Program-made: the position numbers and the translations under genes
Virus record (IMG/VR): IMGVR_UViG_3300042567_001420
Length of the DNA: 64,000 nt
From: a virus
Taxonomy: Duplodnaviria > Caudoviricetes
Direction: 5' to 3' (one strand)
Part shown: in pieces, positions 44,947 to 55,557 of the stretch
Numbering within the stretch: position 1 is the first letter of the stretch
Layout of the letters: the number at the start of each line of letters is the position of its first letter
Notes under the pieces: model-generated
What the model saw: only the letters and a program-made list of their open reading frames with translations
The model's database searches: none
What the model was told of the DNA's origin: nothing

Positions 44947-45822
44947 CTATTTCCCATACATAGCCATCATTTTTTCATAGGTCTCTGTTAGACCTTCTTC
45001 CAAATTATATTTCGGTTCCCATTCAATTAATTTCTTAATCAATGTATTGTCCGAAACAAATTGCATATGTCCAGTTGCTGGACCGTCACCTATTTCAATT
45101 TTAATTCCAGAAAGTTTTTCTAAAATTTTAACAACATCACTTATGGAATGCATTTGACCTGTAGCAACATTAACGGGACCTGTATAATCAGTATCCAATA
45201 ATTTTACAATTGCGTCAGAAGCATCTGCAGTATAAATAAAATCTCGCTGTGGTCTTAAATTTAATACTCGTGCTTTTTTACGAATAACCAAACCTTCAAC
45301 TAATTGATTAACCAAATCTGGTCTATCTAATGCTGTAGTTGGTCCGTAAATGTTTGTTAATCTCACAATGATGTTAGGTACATCAGAATAAAATTTTGCC
45401 ACTTCTTCGCCTAAGAACTTACTGAAAATGTATTCATTCTGATAAGTACTTAATGGTTGTGATTCGTCAACCGGCAAAGTCATTTTACTGCGATCATATA
45501 AAAGAATAGAACTAAAACTTAATAGCTTTTTAATTGGTCTATTCTTGAAATATGCAAATACCTTTTTCAACGGTATTACATTCTTTTCAATCGCTAACAT
45601 ATTCTGACAATTTAATTCTGTATGATTAGAACTACCAATCATCATAATCACTTTATCAAAATCTAATTTGTCTAGAACTTCAGGTAGATGCTCCAATGTA
45701 GGACAATCCACGTGCTTCATTCCTGTTGCAGGTTTTGTGCGACCAACAGAAACAATATCAGGATATTTTTCTAATATTTGTGGGCCTAGAAACCCGCTTG
45801 AACCTAGAAGAATAGTGCTCAT
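44947..45822 (-). CDS. NAD-dependent epimerase/dehydratase (SDR)
   Basis: GSSGFLG, YIFSK, RLTNIYGP, RDFIY. Confidence 0.85.
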   Translation of the reverse strand: MSTILLGSSGFLGPQILEKYPDIVSVGRTKPATGMKHVDCPTLEHLPEVLDKLDFDKVIMMIGSSNHTELNCQNMLAIEKNVIPLKKVFAYFKNRPIKKLLSFSSILLYDRSKMTLPVDESQPLSTYQNEYIFSKFLGEEVAKFYSDVPNIIVRLTNIYGPTTALDRPDLVNQLVEGLVIRKKARVLNLRPQRDFIYTADASDAIVKLLDTDYTGPVNVATGQMHSISDVVKILEKLSGIKIEIGDGPATGHMQFVSDNTLIKKLIEWEPKYNLEEGLTETYEKMMAMYGK

Positions 45823-46136
45823 TTATTTACCTTACGTATTTCAAAATTATCAGCATTGCCTTCGCCTGTTTCAAGATCATGCACATATAACAACATCAAT
45901 GCGTAGTGTAAAACCTTTAACAAGTCTTGTCTGTTACGACCAGCTTTTTTGCCATATCTTTGGACGTATTTCATTACATTGCCTGCAGTAAATCCTACAC
46001 CATGCCCATTATCAATAATAAACTCGGATGCTTGGAATCTATTCATTGAATAATGTTGTCCATATGTTGCATCAATGTATTCTTGAAACTCTTTAATTAA
46101 CCCACCCTCATTATATTTGTAGTCTATTTCTGCCAT
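45819..46136 (-). CDS. Conserved T4-like hypothetical protein (DUF3310-like)
   Basis: GFTAGNVMKYVQRYGKK...DLLKVLHY (family name from recall). Confidence 0.65.
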   Translation of the reverse strand: MAEIDYKYNEGGLIKEFQEYIDATYGQHYSMNRFQASEFIIDNGHGVGFTAGNVMKYVQRYGKKAGRNRQDLLKVLHYALMLLYVHDLETGEGNADNFEIRKVNK

Positions 46137-46849
46137 GGTAGCTCTCCATTATATTTTTGTTTCATTATTTCATTACCTTGCAGGAAAAATTTAGCTTGAA
46201 CCGAATCTGCTCTATTTCCTGCTCGGTAGTTTACAGTATACTTTCCCGTCACCTCACATGCTATTTTATTATCTTTTAGCGTGTACGTCAATGCTCGATC
46301 TACTTCAGGTTGATCGTCTGGATGTCTTGCACGTCTATACCAAATAGGACTTAATTGAAGCGCAAGAGGTTTGGTGAAGAAGAAACAATTAACATCTACA
46401 AAATAATCTCTAATAACCGATTCCCAATTACACAGACTTTCGCAATCATCATTACAAATGAACTTACCTTCGTTATCTACAATCTTACGCAAGGTTGCTG
46501 CCCATTGATTATCTTTTACAGTATCAAGCAATACTTCCACATGTTCTGGCTCTAGCCAGTTATCTTCATCTAGGTAACCAATGTAATCACCTTTTGCAAT
46601 GTGGGTAAATCCGCCATAGATTCGGTGACCATTATATTGTTCTTTACCTGTAGCATAAGGCAAAACAACCATATCTATATTTGGAAAATCGTGCTCTGCT
46701 AATATAGCAGCAACCTTCTCAAAATGTTCCTCACCATCAACAACAATTAGATGCTGAATATCTTTATGTGTTTGCAATTGAACCGATTTAATATTATCGT
46801 GAAGATAATTAGAACCAGTTGTTGCTGTTATAATAGTCACTTCACTCAT
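46124..46849 (-). CDS. Family 2 glycosyltransferase
   Basis: IVVDG, YLDEDNW. Confidence 0.8.
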   Translation of the reverse strand: MSEVTIITATTGSNYLHDNIKSVQLQTHKDIQHLIVVDGEEHFEKVAAILAEHDFPNIDMVVLPYATGKEQYNGHRIYGGFTHIAKGDYIGYLDEDNWLEPEHVEVLLDTVKDNQWAATLRKIVDNEGKFICNDDCESLCNWESVIRDYFVDVNCFFFTKPLALQLSPIWYRRARHPDDQPEVDRALTYTLKDNKIACEVTGKYTVNYRAGNRADSVQAKFFLQGNEIMKQKYNGELPWQK

Positions 46850-47640
46850 CGTTTTCCCTCAAAATAATTTCTATATGTTCTTGCAAGATATTGTCTATTG
46901 CGTTCCTGTATTTGTCCCATCTTAGAATTAACTTCTGTTTCAGCCTTTTCTCTTGTAGAACCCCAATCAACATCGCTTCTATATTTTAAAGCATATACAC
47001 CATTGCGATATCCATTCATATTCATACGAATACTAAAATCTTGGCAGTCGTAACCGCAAGGAGCAAGATCGTCATTGTAGAATCCTACCTCCTGATAACG
47101 CTTCCATAGAACGCAAGTAGGACTTCTAATAACTGCTTCAGCTTCAACTAAATCACCGTGTTTAATTTCCCGAAAATGTTTTAGACCTAATTGTTTCCAA
47201 TGTCCAAATTCAGACTCTGCAAAGTTATATTCAGATATACCATCACCCGCTAATTGCATACTGATACCCAATCTAAAAGACATGTATCCTAAATCAGTAT
47301 ATTCCTCAAACAAATTAGTAAATAGTATATCAATATTTTCTTCTTCAATAATTACATCGTCTTGTACTGTGAATATTAAATCATTTGGGTTGGGATTGCA
47401 ATTATCTCTAATATATGATAGACCAATATTTAAACTTTTAATCTCATGAACATTCGGGGCATGCAATAAAACAATATTTGGATTGTTATAGCTCTTAATA
47501 ACTTCTTCGCTTTTATCAGTGCATCCATCAATAATAAAAATTGCAGTATATTTACCTGCAACAGATTGCGCAATTCCTTCAAGTACTTTCCCAATCATAT
47601 TCTCTTTATTGAATACGGGAGTAATAAAATAGCTTTTCAT
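46846..47640 (-). CDS. Family 2 glycosyltransferase
   Basis: ITPVFNKE, IIDGCTDKS, VQDD. Confidence 0.8.
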   Translation of the reverse strand: MKSYFITPVFNKENMIGKVLEGIAQSVAGKYTAIFIIDGCTDKSEEVIKSYNNPNIVLLHAPNVHEIKSLNIGLSYIRDNCNPNPNDLIFTVQDDVIIEEENIDILFTNLFEEYTDLGYMSFRLGISMQLAGDGISEYNFAESEFGHWKQLGLKHFREIKHGDLVEAEAVIRSPTCVLWKRYQEVGFYNDDLAPCGYDCQDFSIRMNMNGYRNGVYALKYRSDVDWGSTREKAETEVNSKMGQIQERNRQYLARTYRNYFEGKR

Positions 47641-48335
47641 TTTGTTAAAATGCCTTTGTTAAATTTAAATTCTTTAGAGGTATTTTTAGGGTCAAATCCT
47701 GCGCATTCCGCTAAAGTTGGCGGATACAACGGCATATCATTTTCGTCATATCCGTTGCCACAAAAATCATATGGATTAACTAATTGTGTTCTTGTTTCTT
47801 TGAACCATCCATCTTTCATGCAATGAATCATTGCATCGTCTTTAACTAATGGCCAAATTACATCTCTTAAAAATATTTGATCGCCCACATAATAATTCAT
47901 CTGAGATGTATAAGAATTTAATAAATTTAATATAGGAGTTCCAAATTTACCCTTGTATCCAAATGCGCATCCGATAATAGGGAATTCAAAATGTGCTTCG
48001 TGATCTCGGAATGTGTGGAATTTTTCATTAGATTGCAACCATTGATTGACTGCTTGATGTTCTCTGAAAGTAATTCTACTATCCGAGTCTCTGACAATTA
48101 CAATATTAGATTCATCCTCAAACATTGCTCTGAACCTCCAGAACATACCATATGTTCCATCAGTTACTTCTATAATGTTAGCATCTGTTAGATTAGAAAA
48201 TTTATTTTTATCATCAGTATAAATTCTAAATTCCCAATCAGGATAATATTTCTTTGCTAATTCATACTGACGATTTGCGCCAACGATATATCTGGGATCA
48301 TTTCCCCAAACACTTAATGATATAATTTTTACCAT
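47637..48335 (-). CDS. Glycosyltransferase-like hypothetical protein
   Basis: GMFWRF, RDSDSR (DxD), GDQIFL. Confidence 0.5.
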   Translation of the reverse strand: MVKIISLSVWGNDPRYIVGANRQYELAKKYYPDWEFRIYTDDKNKFSNLTDANIIEVTDGTYGMFWRFRAMFEDESNIVIVRDSDSRITFREHQAVNQWLQSNEKFHTFRDHEAHFEFPIIGCAFGYKGKFGTPILNLLNSYTSQMNYYVGDQIFLRDVIWPLVKDDAMIHCMKDGWFKETRTQLVNPYDFCGNGYDENDMPLYPPTLAECAGFDPKNTSKEFKFNKGILTK

Positions 48336-49279
48336 ATAAAATTCTTTTTATAGTATTCCACAATCTCAACTAATGAATCTTTAAACTCTGCTTCTGGTTT
48401 CCAACCCAATGCTTTTAATTTAGAATCATCTATAGCATATCTAACATCTTGGCCGACACGCTTTTCTGAAAAATCCATAAATTCTGTATAGTGGATAACA
48501 TTCCAATTAAAGAATAAATCAACTAAATGTTTAGCAACAATAATATTTTGTTCCTCATAATTGCCTGATATATTGTAGGTTTCGTTAACTGTTCCCGATT
48601 CAATAATTTTTAATACTGCAGTTGCTGTATCGGATACGTGCAACCAAGTTCTTCTAGGAGATCCGTTGTCATGCATAATAATAGGTCTACCTAGAGATAA
48701 ATTTTTAATTGCTTTAGGAATAAACTTCTCAACATATTGACCAATTCCATAATTATTAGTTGGTCTAACAATTACATAGGGAACATCATATGTTCTTGCC
48801 CATGCTGTTACCAACATATCAGCTGCAGCTTTTGTCGCTGAATACGGATTGCTTGGTTTTAATAAATCTGTTTCAGTATGAAACCCATCTACGATATCCC
48901 CATACACTTCATCTGTACTAAAGTGTAATAATATTGGTCTACGAGCTTTTGGTATAGCTTTAATTAGTTCTAGTATTTTATGGACACCGTTGATGTTGCT
49001 TCTAAGGAAAACATCTGAACTAACAATACTATTGTCGACGTGTGTTTCAGCTGCGGTATTAATAAAATAATCGCAGTCATGAAGTCTGTCTAGATCATTA
49101 ATATCCAATTCTAAAAATTTGAATTTTGGATACTTTAATAAGTCTGGAAGTAAATTTAGATTGCTCGCATATGTTTTACTATCTATCCCTAAAACATGAT
49201 ACCCCGCATCTAAACATTTTTTGGTTACATGATAACCTATAAATCCAATGCACCCTGTAACATAAACAACTTTAGTCAT
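48329..49279 (-). CDS. rfbB: dTDP-glucose 4,6-dehydratase-like
   Basis: AAETHVDNSI, FSTDEVYG, SNPYSATK, NNYG, RVGQDVRY. Confidence 0.88.
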   Translation of the reverse strand: MTKVVYVTGCIGFIGYHVTKKCLDAGYHVLGIDSKTYASNLNLLPDLLKYPKFKFLELDINDLDRLHDCDYFINTAAETHVDNSIVSSDVFLRSNINGVHKILELIKAIPKARRPILLHFSTDEVYGDIVDGFHTETDLLKPSNPYSATKAAADMLVTAWARTYDVPYVIVRPTNNYGIGQYVEKFIPKAIKNLSLGRPIIMHDNGSPRRTWLHVSDTATAVLKIIESGTVNETYNISGNYEEQNIIVAKHLVDLFFNWNVIHYTEFMDFSEKRVGQDVRYAIDDSKLKALGWKPEAEFKDSLVEIVEYYKKNFIW

Positions 49280-50054
49280 TATAAACTTTCAATCCATGTC
49301 CAATGCCATACAACTTCAATCCTCCGAACTCTTCTAGAGTACTGATATCAACTGGATGGCCTATATATTTTTCATCACTTGTAGATTCAACTACAAATCT
49401 TTTCTCTATATTATTTATATCGCAGTACATCCCCAAAAATTCACTTAGGGTAATTTTGTTCCGATATACACAATCTATATCATTACCTACTAACCAATCG
49501 CTAGTGGCATAATTATTCAATGAATAATCAATAACATTGTATAAATCTTGTACTGAAAAATAGTCGAATTCGCGATCATTCTTTATTTTAAATTCACCTT
49601 CGGTTGCATTGTATTGTTTTAACAATCTATGCGAGGGTTCACCTGCACCAAAACATCCATATATTCTTAGTGTCAGATACTTAGGACCAAAACACAAATT
49701 CTTAATTAATCTTTTGGAAAATACATACGCATTTCTTGCATTGGTTTTTTCAATGCCAGAACCCAAATTAATATAAAATTTAAATTTATCCTCATTAGTA
49801 TAGAAGTTATAGAACAATGACATGTTCTTGCCAACATTCGAAGCATTGTTTTCGTGTAGTTCTGTTTTGCCGCCGAAGGTTAAACAATTAATAACAACAT
49901 CGGGACGAAGAACATCTAATATCTTTGTAACTGTTTGATTATCTAAAAGATCTATCTCATTTTTATAGATAGGAATAACTTCATGTTTTTTAGATAATAA
50001 CGGAACGATATATGAGCCAACAAATCCGCCGGCGCCTACAACTAATATTTTCAT
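49272..50054 (-). CDS. NAD-dependent epimerase/reductase (SDR)
   Basis: GAGGFVG, YVFSK, LRIYGCFG. Confidence 0.8.
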   Translation of the reverse strand: MKILVVGAGGFVGSYIVPLLSKKHEVIPIYKNEIDLLDNQTVTKILDVLRPDVVINCLTFGGKTELHENNASNVGKNMSLFYNFYTNEDKFKFYINLGSGIEKTNARNAYVFSKRLIKNLCFGPKYLTLRIYGCFGAGEPSHRLLKQYNATEGEFKIKNDREFDYFSVQDLYNVIDYSLNNYATSDWLVGNDIDCVYRNKITLSEFLGMYCDINNIEKRFVVESTSDEKYIGHPVDISTLEEFGGLKLYGIGHGLKVYND

Positions 50055-50066
50055 AAAATACTCAAT

Positions 50067-50855
50067 TTAATAAAGCTTAGCTAATATACATAAATTATTT
50101 TTATGGGCGACAGCAAATGAATCAAACCCATACTCACACACATCTATGACCTTAAATCCATTACGATTTAACAATGCCGTGGCTGATTTAATATTAAAGA
50201 AATTAATATGTTCGTGGATAATACCAATGTACGGTGCAGGGTTGTTTGGTATTTCAAAATAAATCCAGGTATTATCATTCGCATGTTCTTTTATTTTACC
50301 CAATGTATCATTAGGATCAGACACGTGTTCTAATAGATGCGTGCATAATATAAAATCAAAAATTTTGTTTTCATTAAGAGATATTGATTCAACCTTAGAT
50401 GTCAATGGAACGTTACTAATATCAAAAACATATTTTTTAGATTTATCAAACCAATCAGGAATAACCGATCCATTGTCGCCACCGTAATCTAATACTGTAT
50501 GTATTTGATCAACATCGATATATTGTTTAATTAATTTTTGTATACCTTCTTGTCTATGTGTTTTATAGGCAATACTATTAAACTTTTCTATATCAGTATA
50601 TCCTGGCTCAAACATAATTCGAGTACGCGTATATTCGTTGTCTCTATATCCGTTATAATATATTTTAGTTTCATCATCTGTGAATCTATCAGCAGATCCA
50701 ACAAAAGAACAATCTAAACATTTCATACCAACTATTGGCATGCCATTATCTGTATTATTTCCGAATATACGAAATTGTATAAATTTAGCTAAACCAGTTT
50801 CTTTGTATTCAACATTATTAGAATCACATGCTACACACTTAAAAACTTTATACAT
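50067..50855 (-). CDS. Class I SAM-dependent methyltransferase with N-terminal Cys pairs
   Basis: CVAC...CLDC, LDYGGDNG, HLLEHVSDP, HEHINFF. Confidence 0.8.
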   Translation of the reverse strand: MYKVFKCVACDSNNVEYKETGLAKFIQFRIFGNNTDNGMPIVGMKCLDCSFVGSADRFTDDETKIYYNGYRDNEYTRTRIMFEPGYTDIEKFNSIAYKTHRQEGIQKLIKQYIDVDQIHTVLDYGGDNGSVIPDWFDKSKKYVFDISNVPLTSKVESISLNENKIFDFILCTHLLEHVSDPNDTLGKIKEHANDNTWIYFEIPNNPAPYIGIIHEHINFFNIKSATALLNRNGFKVIDVCEYGFDSFAVAHKNNLCILAKLY

Positions 50856-51588
50856 TATATTTTACAATCATCTCTCGGTTTAATTCTTCGTCACTTAAAA
50901 ATGGGAATAAATCATGCAGGCCTGCTTGTTTACCATTCTTTAGCCCTTGTGCTGGAGCAATTTCTTGGTCTGTATTACATTTACAAACTACAAGCATAGG
51001 GCCAGGAGTGTTTAATATATGTTCAAATTCTTTTAACTGATCTACATCATTTATTTCTTTATAACCTAAACCAAATGTAGTTGCTACATTCTCAAACAAT
51101 GGAAACCAAATACCTGTAGTATTACTTGTACCATATACTCTACCTTGATAGTATTTTGTTTGCGTATTCCGAATACAAGAATATCCGTTGTTATTGAGAA
51201 TGACAAATTTAATATCTAGATTGTGTTGTTTAGCAACGGCAAGTTCTTGTATGTTAGACATAAAACTGCCATCGCCTAAGAATGTTATAGCTTGTTGTTT
51301 ACTCGCTAATGCTACGCCCACTGCCGCAGGAACTGCCCAGCCCATATCTGCTTGGGATACGCTACAAACAAATCGTTGTCCTTGTTTGGGTTTAAATGCA
51401 GTGCTTCCGATATAATACCCACTACCCGCGTCTGCCATTACTGTAGCAGTTGGTTTACTATATTTGTTTATAGCATCTATCACTGCGTACATATTAATTT
51501 CGTCACCGGCTTGTAAATATTCCTGTTGTATTACCGGCCATTTATTTTTCCAATGATTACATTTGTCTATCCATTCAGTTCTATTCAT
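50848..51588 (-). CDS. TPP-dependent enzyme, C-terminal (TPP-binding) half
   Basis: ADMGWAVPAA, GDGSFM...NNNGY. Confidence 0.85.
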   Translation of the reverse strand: MNRTEWIDKCNHWKNKWPVIQQEYLQAGDEINMYAVIDAINKYSKPTATVMADAGSGYYIGSTAFKPKQGQRFVCSVSQADMGWAVPAAVGVALASKQQAITFLGDGSFMSNIQELAVAKQHNLDIKFVILNNNGYSCIRNTQTKYYQGRVYGTSNTTGIWFPLFENVATTFGLGYKEINDVDQLKEFEHILNTPGPMLVVCKCNTDQEIAPAQGLKNGKQAGLHDLFPFLSDEELNREMIVKYNV

Positions 51589-52610
51589 ACCATAACCTCA
51601 AAGAAATCGGAAAGATCCATATTGTATTTTTCACTTATGTCTAATATATCTTTATTTAGTTCGTCAGAATCAATATCAACAACGATCTTTTTGCTACCAA
51701 TACTAAACTGTTTAGGGTCATAACCTATCACACTACTATTTAAACTACTACCAAGAACTAATAATAGACTTGCATTTTGTACTACAAAATTTCCATATCG
51801 GCAACCCTTGATACCAATTGCTCCCATATTTAATTCATGATCGTTACTTGCATAATCGGTTGCGCCGTATGTTGTTACAAATGGTAGTTTATATTTTTCT
51901 ATAAATTTAATAAAGGAATCTACTGTATTTGTTTGTCTAATGCCCTGACCAACTAACACAACTGGTCTTTCTGATTGTTCTAATTGATTCTTTAATTCGT
52001 CAAGATTTGTATGAATACGATTAATAGGATCATCTGCAATAAACAATTTATATGTTTCTGGCATTTCTGCAGTTTGTATATCTCCGGGAATATCAACCCA
52101 GCACGGCCCAGGTCTTCCTTCTTTTGCCATATATAACGCCTTTGTAATTACATATGCAACTTCATCTATGCTTGTTATAAAATGAGCATACTTAGTCATG
52201 TTCTTATACATAGAAACAACATTGTGTTCCTGAATACCATACTTACGCAAGTTAATGTTCTTTGTGGTATTAATCCAACTAGAACAAGTATTCATTCTAA
52301 CATTGCCAGATATGAATAATACCGGTACTCCATCTTGCCATGCATCTAATACAGATGTGGCACAATTTGTTCCTGCACACCCGGTAGTAGGATTAACAAC
52401 GGATACTTTACCGGTATAAATTGCTTCGCCCATTGCCGAATGGCCTGCACCTTGTTCGTTATGATAACAGATATAGTTTATTTTACCATTCTTAATAAAC
52501 CCATCATTTAATCCGCTAGCGCCGCCGCCCATAATCCCATGTACATTTTCAATGCCTAAATTATAAAGATAATCTGATATCCAATCGCATACACGCATAT
52601 TAACCTCCAA
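51585..52610 (-). CDS. TPP-dependent (acetolactate synthase/YerE-like) enzyme, N-terminal half
   Basis: HNEQGAG, GRPGPCWVDIPGDIQ. Confidence 0.85.
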   Translation of the reverse strand: MEVNMRVCDWISDYLYNLGIENVHGIMGGGASGLNDGFIKNGKINYICYHNEQGAGHSAMGEAIYTGKVSVVNPTTGCAGTNCATSVLDAWQDGVPVLFISGNVRMNTCSSWINTTKNINLRKYGIQEHNVVSMYKNMTKYAHFITSIDEVAYVITKALYMAKEGRPGPCWVDIPGDIQTAEMPETYKLFIADDPINRIHTNLDELKNQLEQSERPVVLVGQGIRQTNTVDSFIKFIEKYKLPFVTTYGATDYASNDHELNMGAIGIKGCRYGNFVVQNASLLLVLGSSLNSSVIGYDPKQFSIGSKKIVVDIDSDELNKDILDISEKYNMDLSDFFEVMV

Positions 52611-53934
52611 ATAAACTCATAAAACTATCTACTACTTCACCAATATATTTAATTTGTTCAGGAGTAATAACGGGACTAGTACCATGGAAATAAGTATTAG
52701 TCATTGTCATTGTAGCAATTGGAAAATTATCTCTTGCATCTGCAGGGTTCATTAAATGCGAATATGCAGGCTGTAGCATAATATTGCCAGCAAAATATGG
52801 TCTTGTCTGAATTAATTTTTCTTCTAAGTAATCTACAATGTCACTACGCTTGAAAGGAGATCCCGCCCGAATTGTTAATGGGAATGCGAACCAACTTGGG
52901 TCTGAGTATTCTTGTGCTCTTGGTAGATGGAAATACTCCTCGTACTTGCTGTAGATATCAAAAAGCAAACTATAATTACGACGACGTAGTGCATGTATTG
53001 TCCCCAATTTTTCTAATTGAACTAATCCCATTGCGCCTTGTAATTCAATAGGCTTAAGATTATATCCAATCTCGTCATAAACATATTTGTGGTCAAAAAT
53101 TTCACCTGGCATTTCAGGAATCCATTCTTGAAATCGTTTGCCACAAGAACCACATTTTAATTTATTAGCTTCCGGCCCTACACAGTAACAACCTCGGCCC
53201 CATTCTCTAAATGAACGAAGAATAACTTCTGTCTCATAATTCTTACATGCTACAAATCCGCCTTCGCCCATTGTCATATGGTGTGCTGGATAGAATGAGC
53301 AAGATGCCATTTCACCAAATGATCCCAATGGTTGTCCGCCATAGGTTGAACCTAAAGCATCGCAACAATCTTCTAATAGAATCAAATCATAACGATTGAC
53401 AAGTTCCATCACCCAACGCATATTAGGGGGATTGCCCAAGACGTGAGCAAATGTGATTACTCGAATGTCATGTTTCTTAATTAGTTCTTCCGCTCTAGTT
53501 AAATCTAAATTAAGTGTATCCAATTCAATATCTAAAAACACAGGTTCAAACCCTACTTGTAATGTAGGATTTAATGTTGTAGGAAAACCTGCAATAGGCA
53601 TCAACACCTTTGTACCTTTAGGTAAGTTGTATCCTCGCTTAGATGTAAGCGTAGACATCATTAATAAATTAGAACTTGATCCTGAATTAGTAAGTATTCC
53701 AAAGTTCTTTTGAAATTGCTTAGGAAATTGTTTCTCAAATTTTATTGATTGATCGCCCATTACAAGCCAGCTATCTAACAATGTAGAAACTGCCGCCATA
53801 ATTTCATGTTCGTCAAAATATGGACCAGCATAATTTACAAAATCCTTACCGGCAGTCCATGTCTTATTTGCTGCCTTGTTTTGGAAATATGCAGCTACTC
53901 CGTTAATGATGTCTTGTTTATTCATGGTTTCCAA
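52600..53934 (-). CDS. rfbH: CDP-4-keto-6-deoxyglucose 3-dehydrase (RfbH/DdhC, E1)
   Basis: NSGSSSNL, EDCCDALG, SFYPAHHMTMGEGG, GRGCYC, GYNLK. Confidence 0.88.
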   Translation of the reverse strand: METMNKQDIINGVAAYFQNKAANKTWTAGKDFVNYAGPYFDEHEIMAAVSTLLDSWLVMGDQSIKFEKQFPKQFQKNFGILTNSGSSSNLLMMSTLTSKRGYNLPKGTKVLMPIAGFPTTLNPTLQVGFEPVFLDIELDTLNLDLTRAEELIKKHDIRVITFAHVLGNPPNMRWVMELVNRYDLILLEDCCDALGSTYGGQPLGSFGEMASCSFYPAHHMTMGEGGFVACKNYETEVILRSFREWGRGCYCVGPEANKLKCGSCGKRFQEWIPEMPGEIFDHKYVYDEIGYNLKPIELQGAMGLVQLEKLGTIHALRRRNYSLLFDIYSKYEEYFHLPRAQEYSDPSWFAFPLTIRAGSPFKRSDIVDYLEEKLIQTRPYFAGNIMLQPAYSHLMNPADARDNFPIATMTMTNTYFHGTSPVITPEQIKYIGEVVDSFMSLFGG

Positions 53935-54854
53935 TAGGCATAATTGCCTTCCAAATGTCTTACTTGATTTTTATTCCTTGCTTCGTCTTCTTTAAAAGGA
54001 TATGTCCAATGTTCATTATAATATTCTGCCCATACTCTATATCCGTTGTTTGCCTCAGGTGACCAACGATATCCTAATATGCCGAAGAATAACTGATGCA
54101 CGCCGCCAGTTTGTATACCTACTTTGCCTCGTTTTTTCGCATGTTCTACATATATAGGAGAAGATGTGGATGCTCCAGAAATTAAAACGTCATATTCATA
54201 CTTATCAATTTCATTTTTTATGTATTCTACATTTTGTTCCCACGTTTCGCAACCAGGATATTGTCTGTCATCCATTAAAGGATGGTACGGAGTACGAATA
54301 CATCCTACTAAATCAAACGGTGCAACTAAATCTAAATTGTCTCCCCATATTTTATCAATCTGTTGCCATTGCGATTTAATAGTTTCACAATGCGTAGATA
54401 TAATTAATACTTTTTTATTTTTTAAATATTTTGTCCAAGGTGTTTCGACCTTAAATGTTCCGCATAGCCCGCCTCTTAGAACACCGATAGGATCCAAAAC
54501 CATAAGACTATCATGCCCAAAGAACATAGGCTTTTCGCCGAATGTTTTTGTAAAGGTCGTATCATTTTGTATGGCTAATGACATATCAACAAATCCGAGT
54601 ATATCACATTCTTTCATGGATTGTGTTAACATAGGAACAATGGTATCTATATAATAGTCAGTTGTACCTGGAGTTACCCCACCCTCAAAAGAAATAACAG
54701 TATTATTAAAGAATTGTGAGGATATACTAGTATTGTTAAACAGATTTTGTAGAACATACCCCGCACTATTATCTAGACGCAATAATGAAAAAGGTTCATT
54801 TGATTGCAATTTTTCTGAAATTAAATCATTAACCTCAAAGAAGTTTTTAAGCAT
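53922..54854 (-). CDS. Hypothetical protein, possibly GT-D-like
   Basis: PFSLLRL N-terminus; operon context. Confidence 0.4.
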   Translation of the reverse strand: MLKNFFEVNDLISEKLQSNEPFSLLRLDNSAGYVLQNLFNNTSISSQFFNNTVISFEGGVTPGTTDYYIDTIVPMLTQSMKECDILGFVDMSLAIQNDTTFTKTFGEKPMFFGHDSLMVLDPIGVLRGGLCGTFKVETPWTKYLKNKKVLIISTHCETIKSQWQQIDKIWGDNLDLVAPFDLVGCIRTPYHPLMDDRQYPGCETWEQNVEYIKNEIDKYEYDVLISGASTSSPIYVEHAKKRGKVGIQTGGVHQLFFGILGYRWSPEANNGYRVWAEYYNEHWTYPFKEDEARNKNQVRHLEGNYAYWKP

Positions 54855-55557
54855 AATATTTTCCTAAATGTTCTTTGTCTTGTTTAATATATTTAAATGC
54901 AGTCTGAATATCGGAAGGCAGTTTTGAGTAAAACGTATGCATCTCAGTCTCAGCTTGTTGTTTACTATAGTTTGTTCCTGGCGGATGTGAGATTGTGTAA
55001 CGATAATCTCTGATAACAGGCCTCTTACTAATATAACCAATTGCAGTATATACTATATCAAAGCTCCATCCCATTTTATAGGGGGCAAAATCGATATTAC
55101 GATTCTTAGCATCCTCAATAATATCTTTATGAATGAACCAACAAGTACAATCAGGATTTGCAACCATTTTATAATAAGGCTCTTCTAGATCAAAAGATTT
55201 AAGATCAGCTCTACTAGAATCATAGAATGTATAATCTACATTCGGAGCATAGATGCCCCAGTTGTAAGTGTCAAAACATTCTTCAGCGCCAGCATAAATT
55301 TCAGTCCAATTATCATAAGATGCATCTGCTTGAATGTGAAACATTACATCCGCATCAAACAACTCAATTGCTTTTAAAAATTGTGCTGTAAAATAACTGT
55401 CCTCGCCAATGTTGTGCCAATTAGGATCGTCCTCACGGTGATTGTCGTCACTATTAATAACGACAGGCACGACCCCAATGGCACTCAGTTGCTTTTGCTT
55501 TTCTTTTGTTTTTTCATACTGTCCGCGCCAGTTAAAGATAAATGTTTGTATTTTCAT
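54847..55557 (-). CDS. Hypothetical protein, possibly glycosyltransferase
   Basis: IQADA DxD-like motif; operon context. Confidence 0.4.
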   Translation of the reverse strand: MKIQTFIFNWRGQYEKTKEKQKQLSAIGVVPVVINSDDNHREDDPNWHNIGEDSYFTAQFLKAIELFDADVMFHIQADASYDNWTEIYAGAEECFDTYNWGIYAPNVDYTFYDSSRADLKSFDLEEPYYKMVANPDCTCWFIHKDIIEDAKNRNIDFAPYKMGWSFDIVYTAIGYISKRPVIRDYRYTISHPPGTNYSKQQAETEMHTFYSKLPSDIQTAFKYIKQDKEHLGKYYA

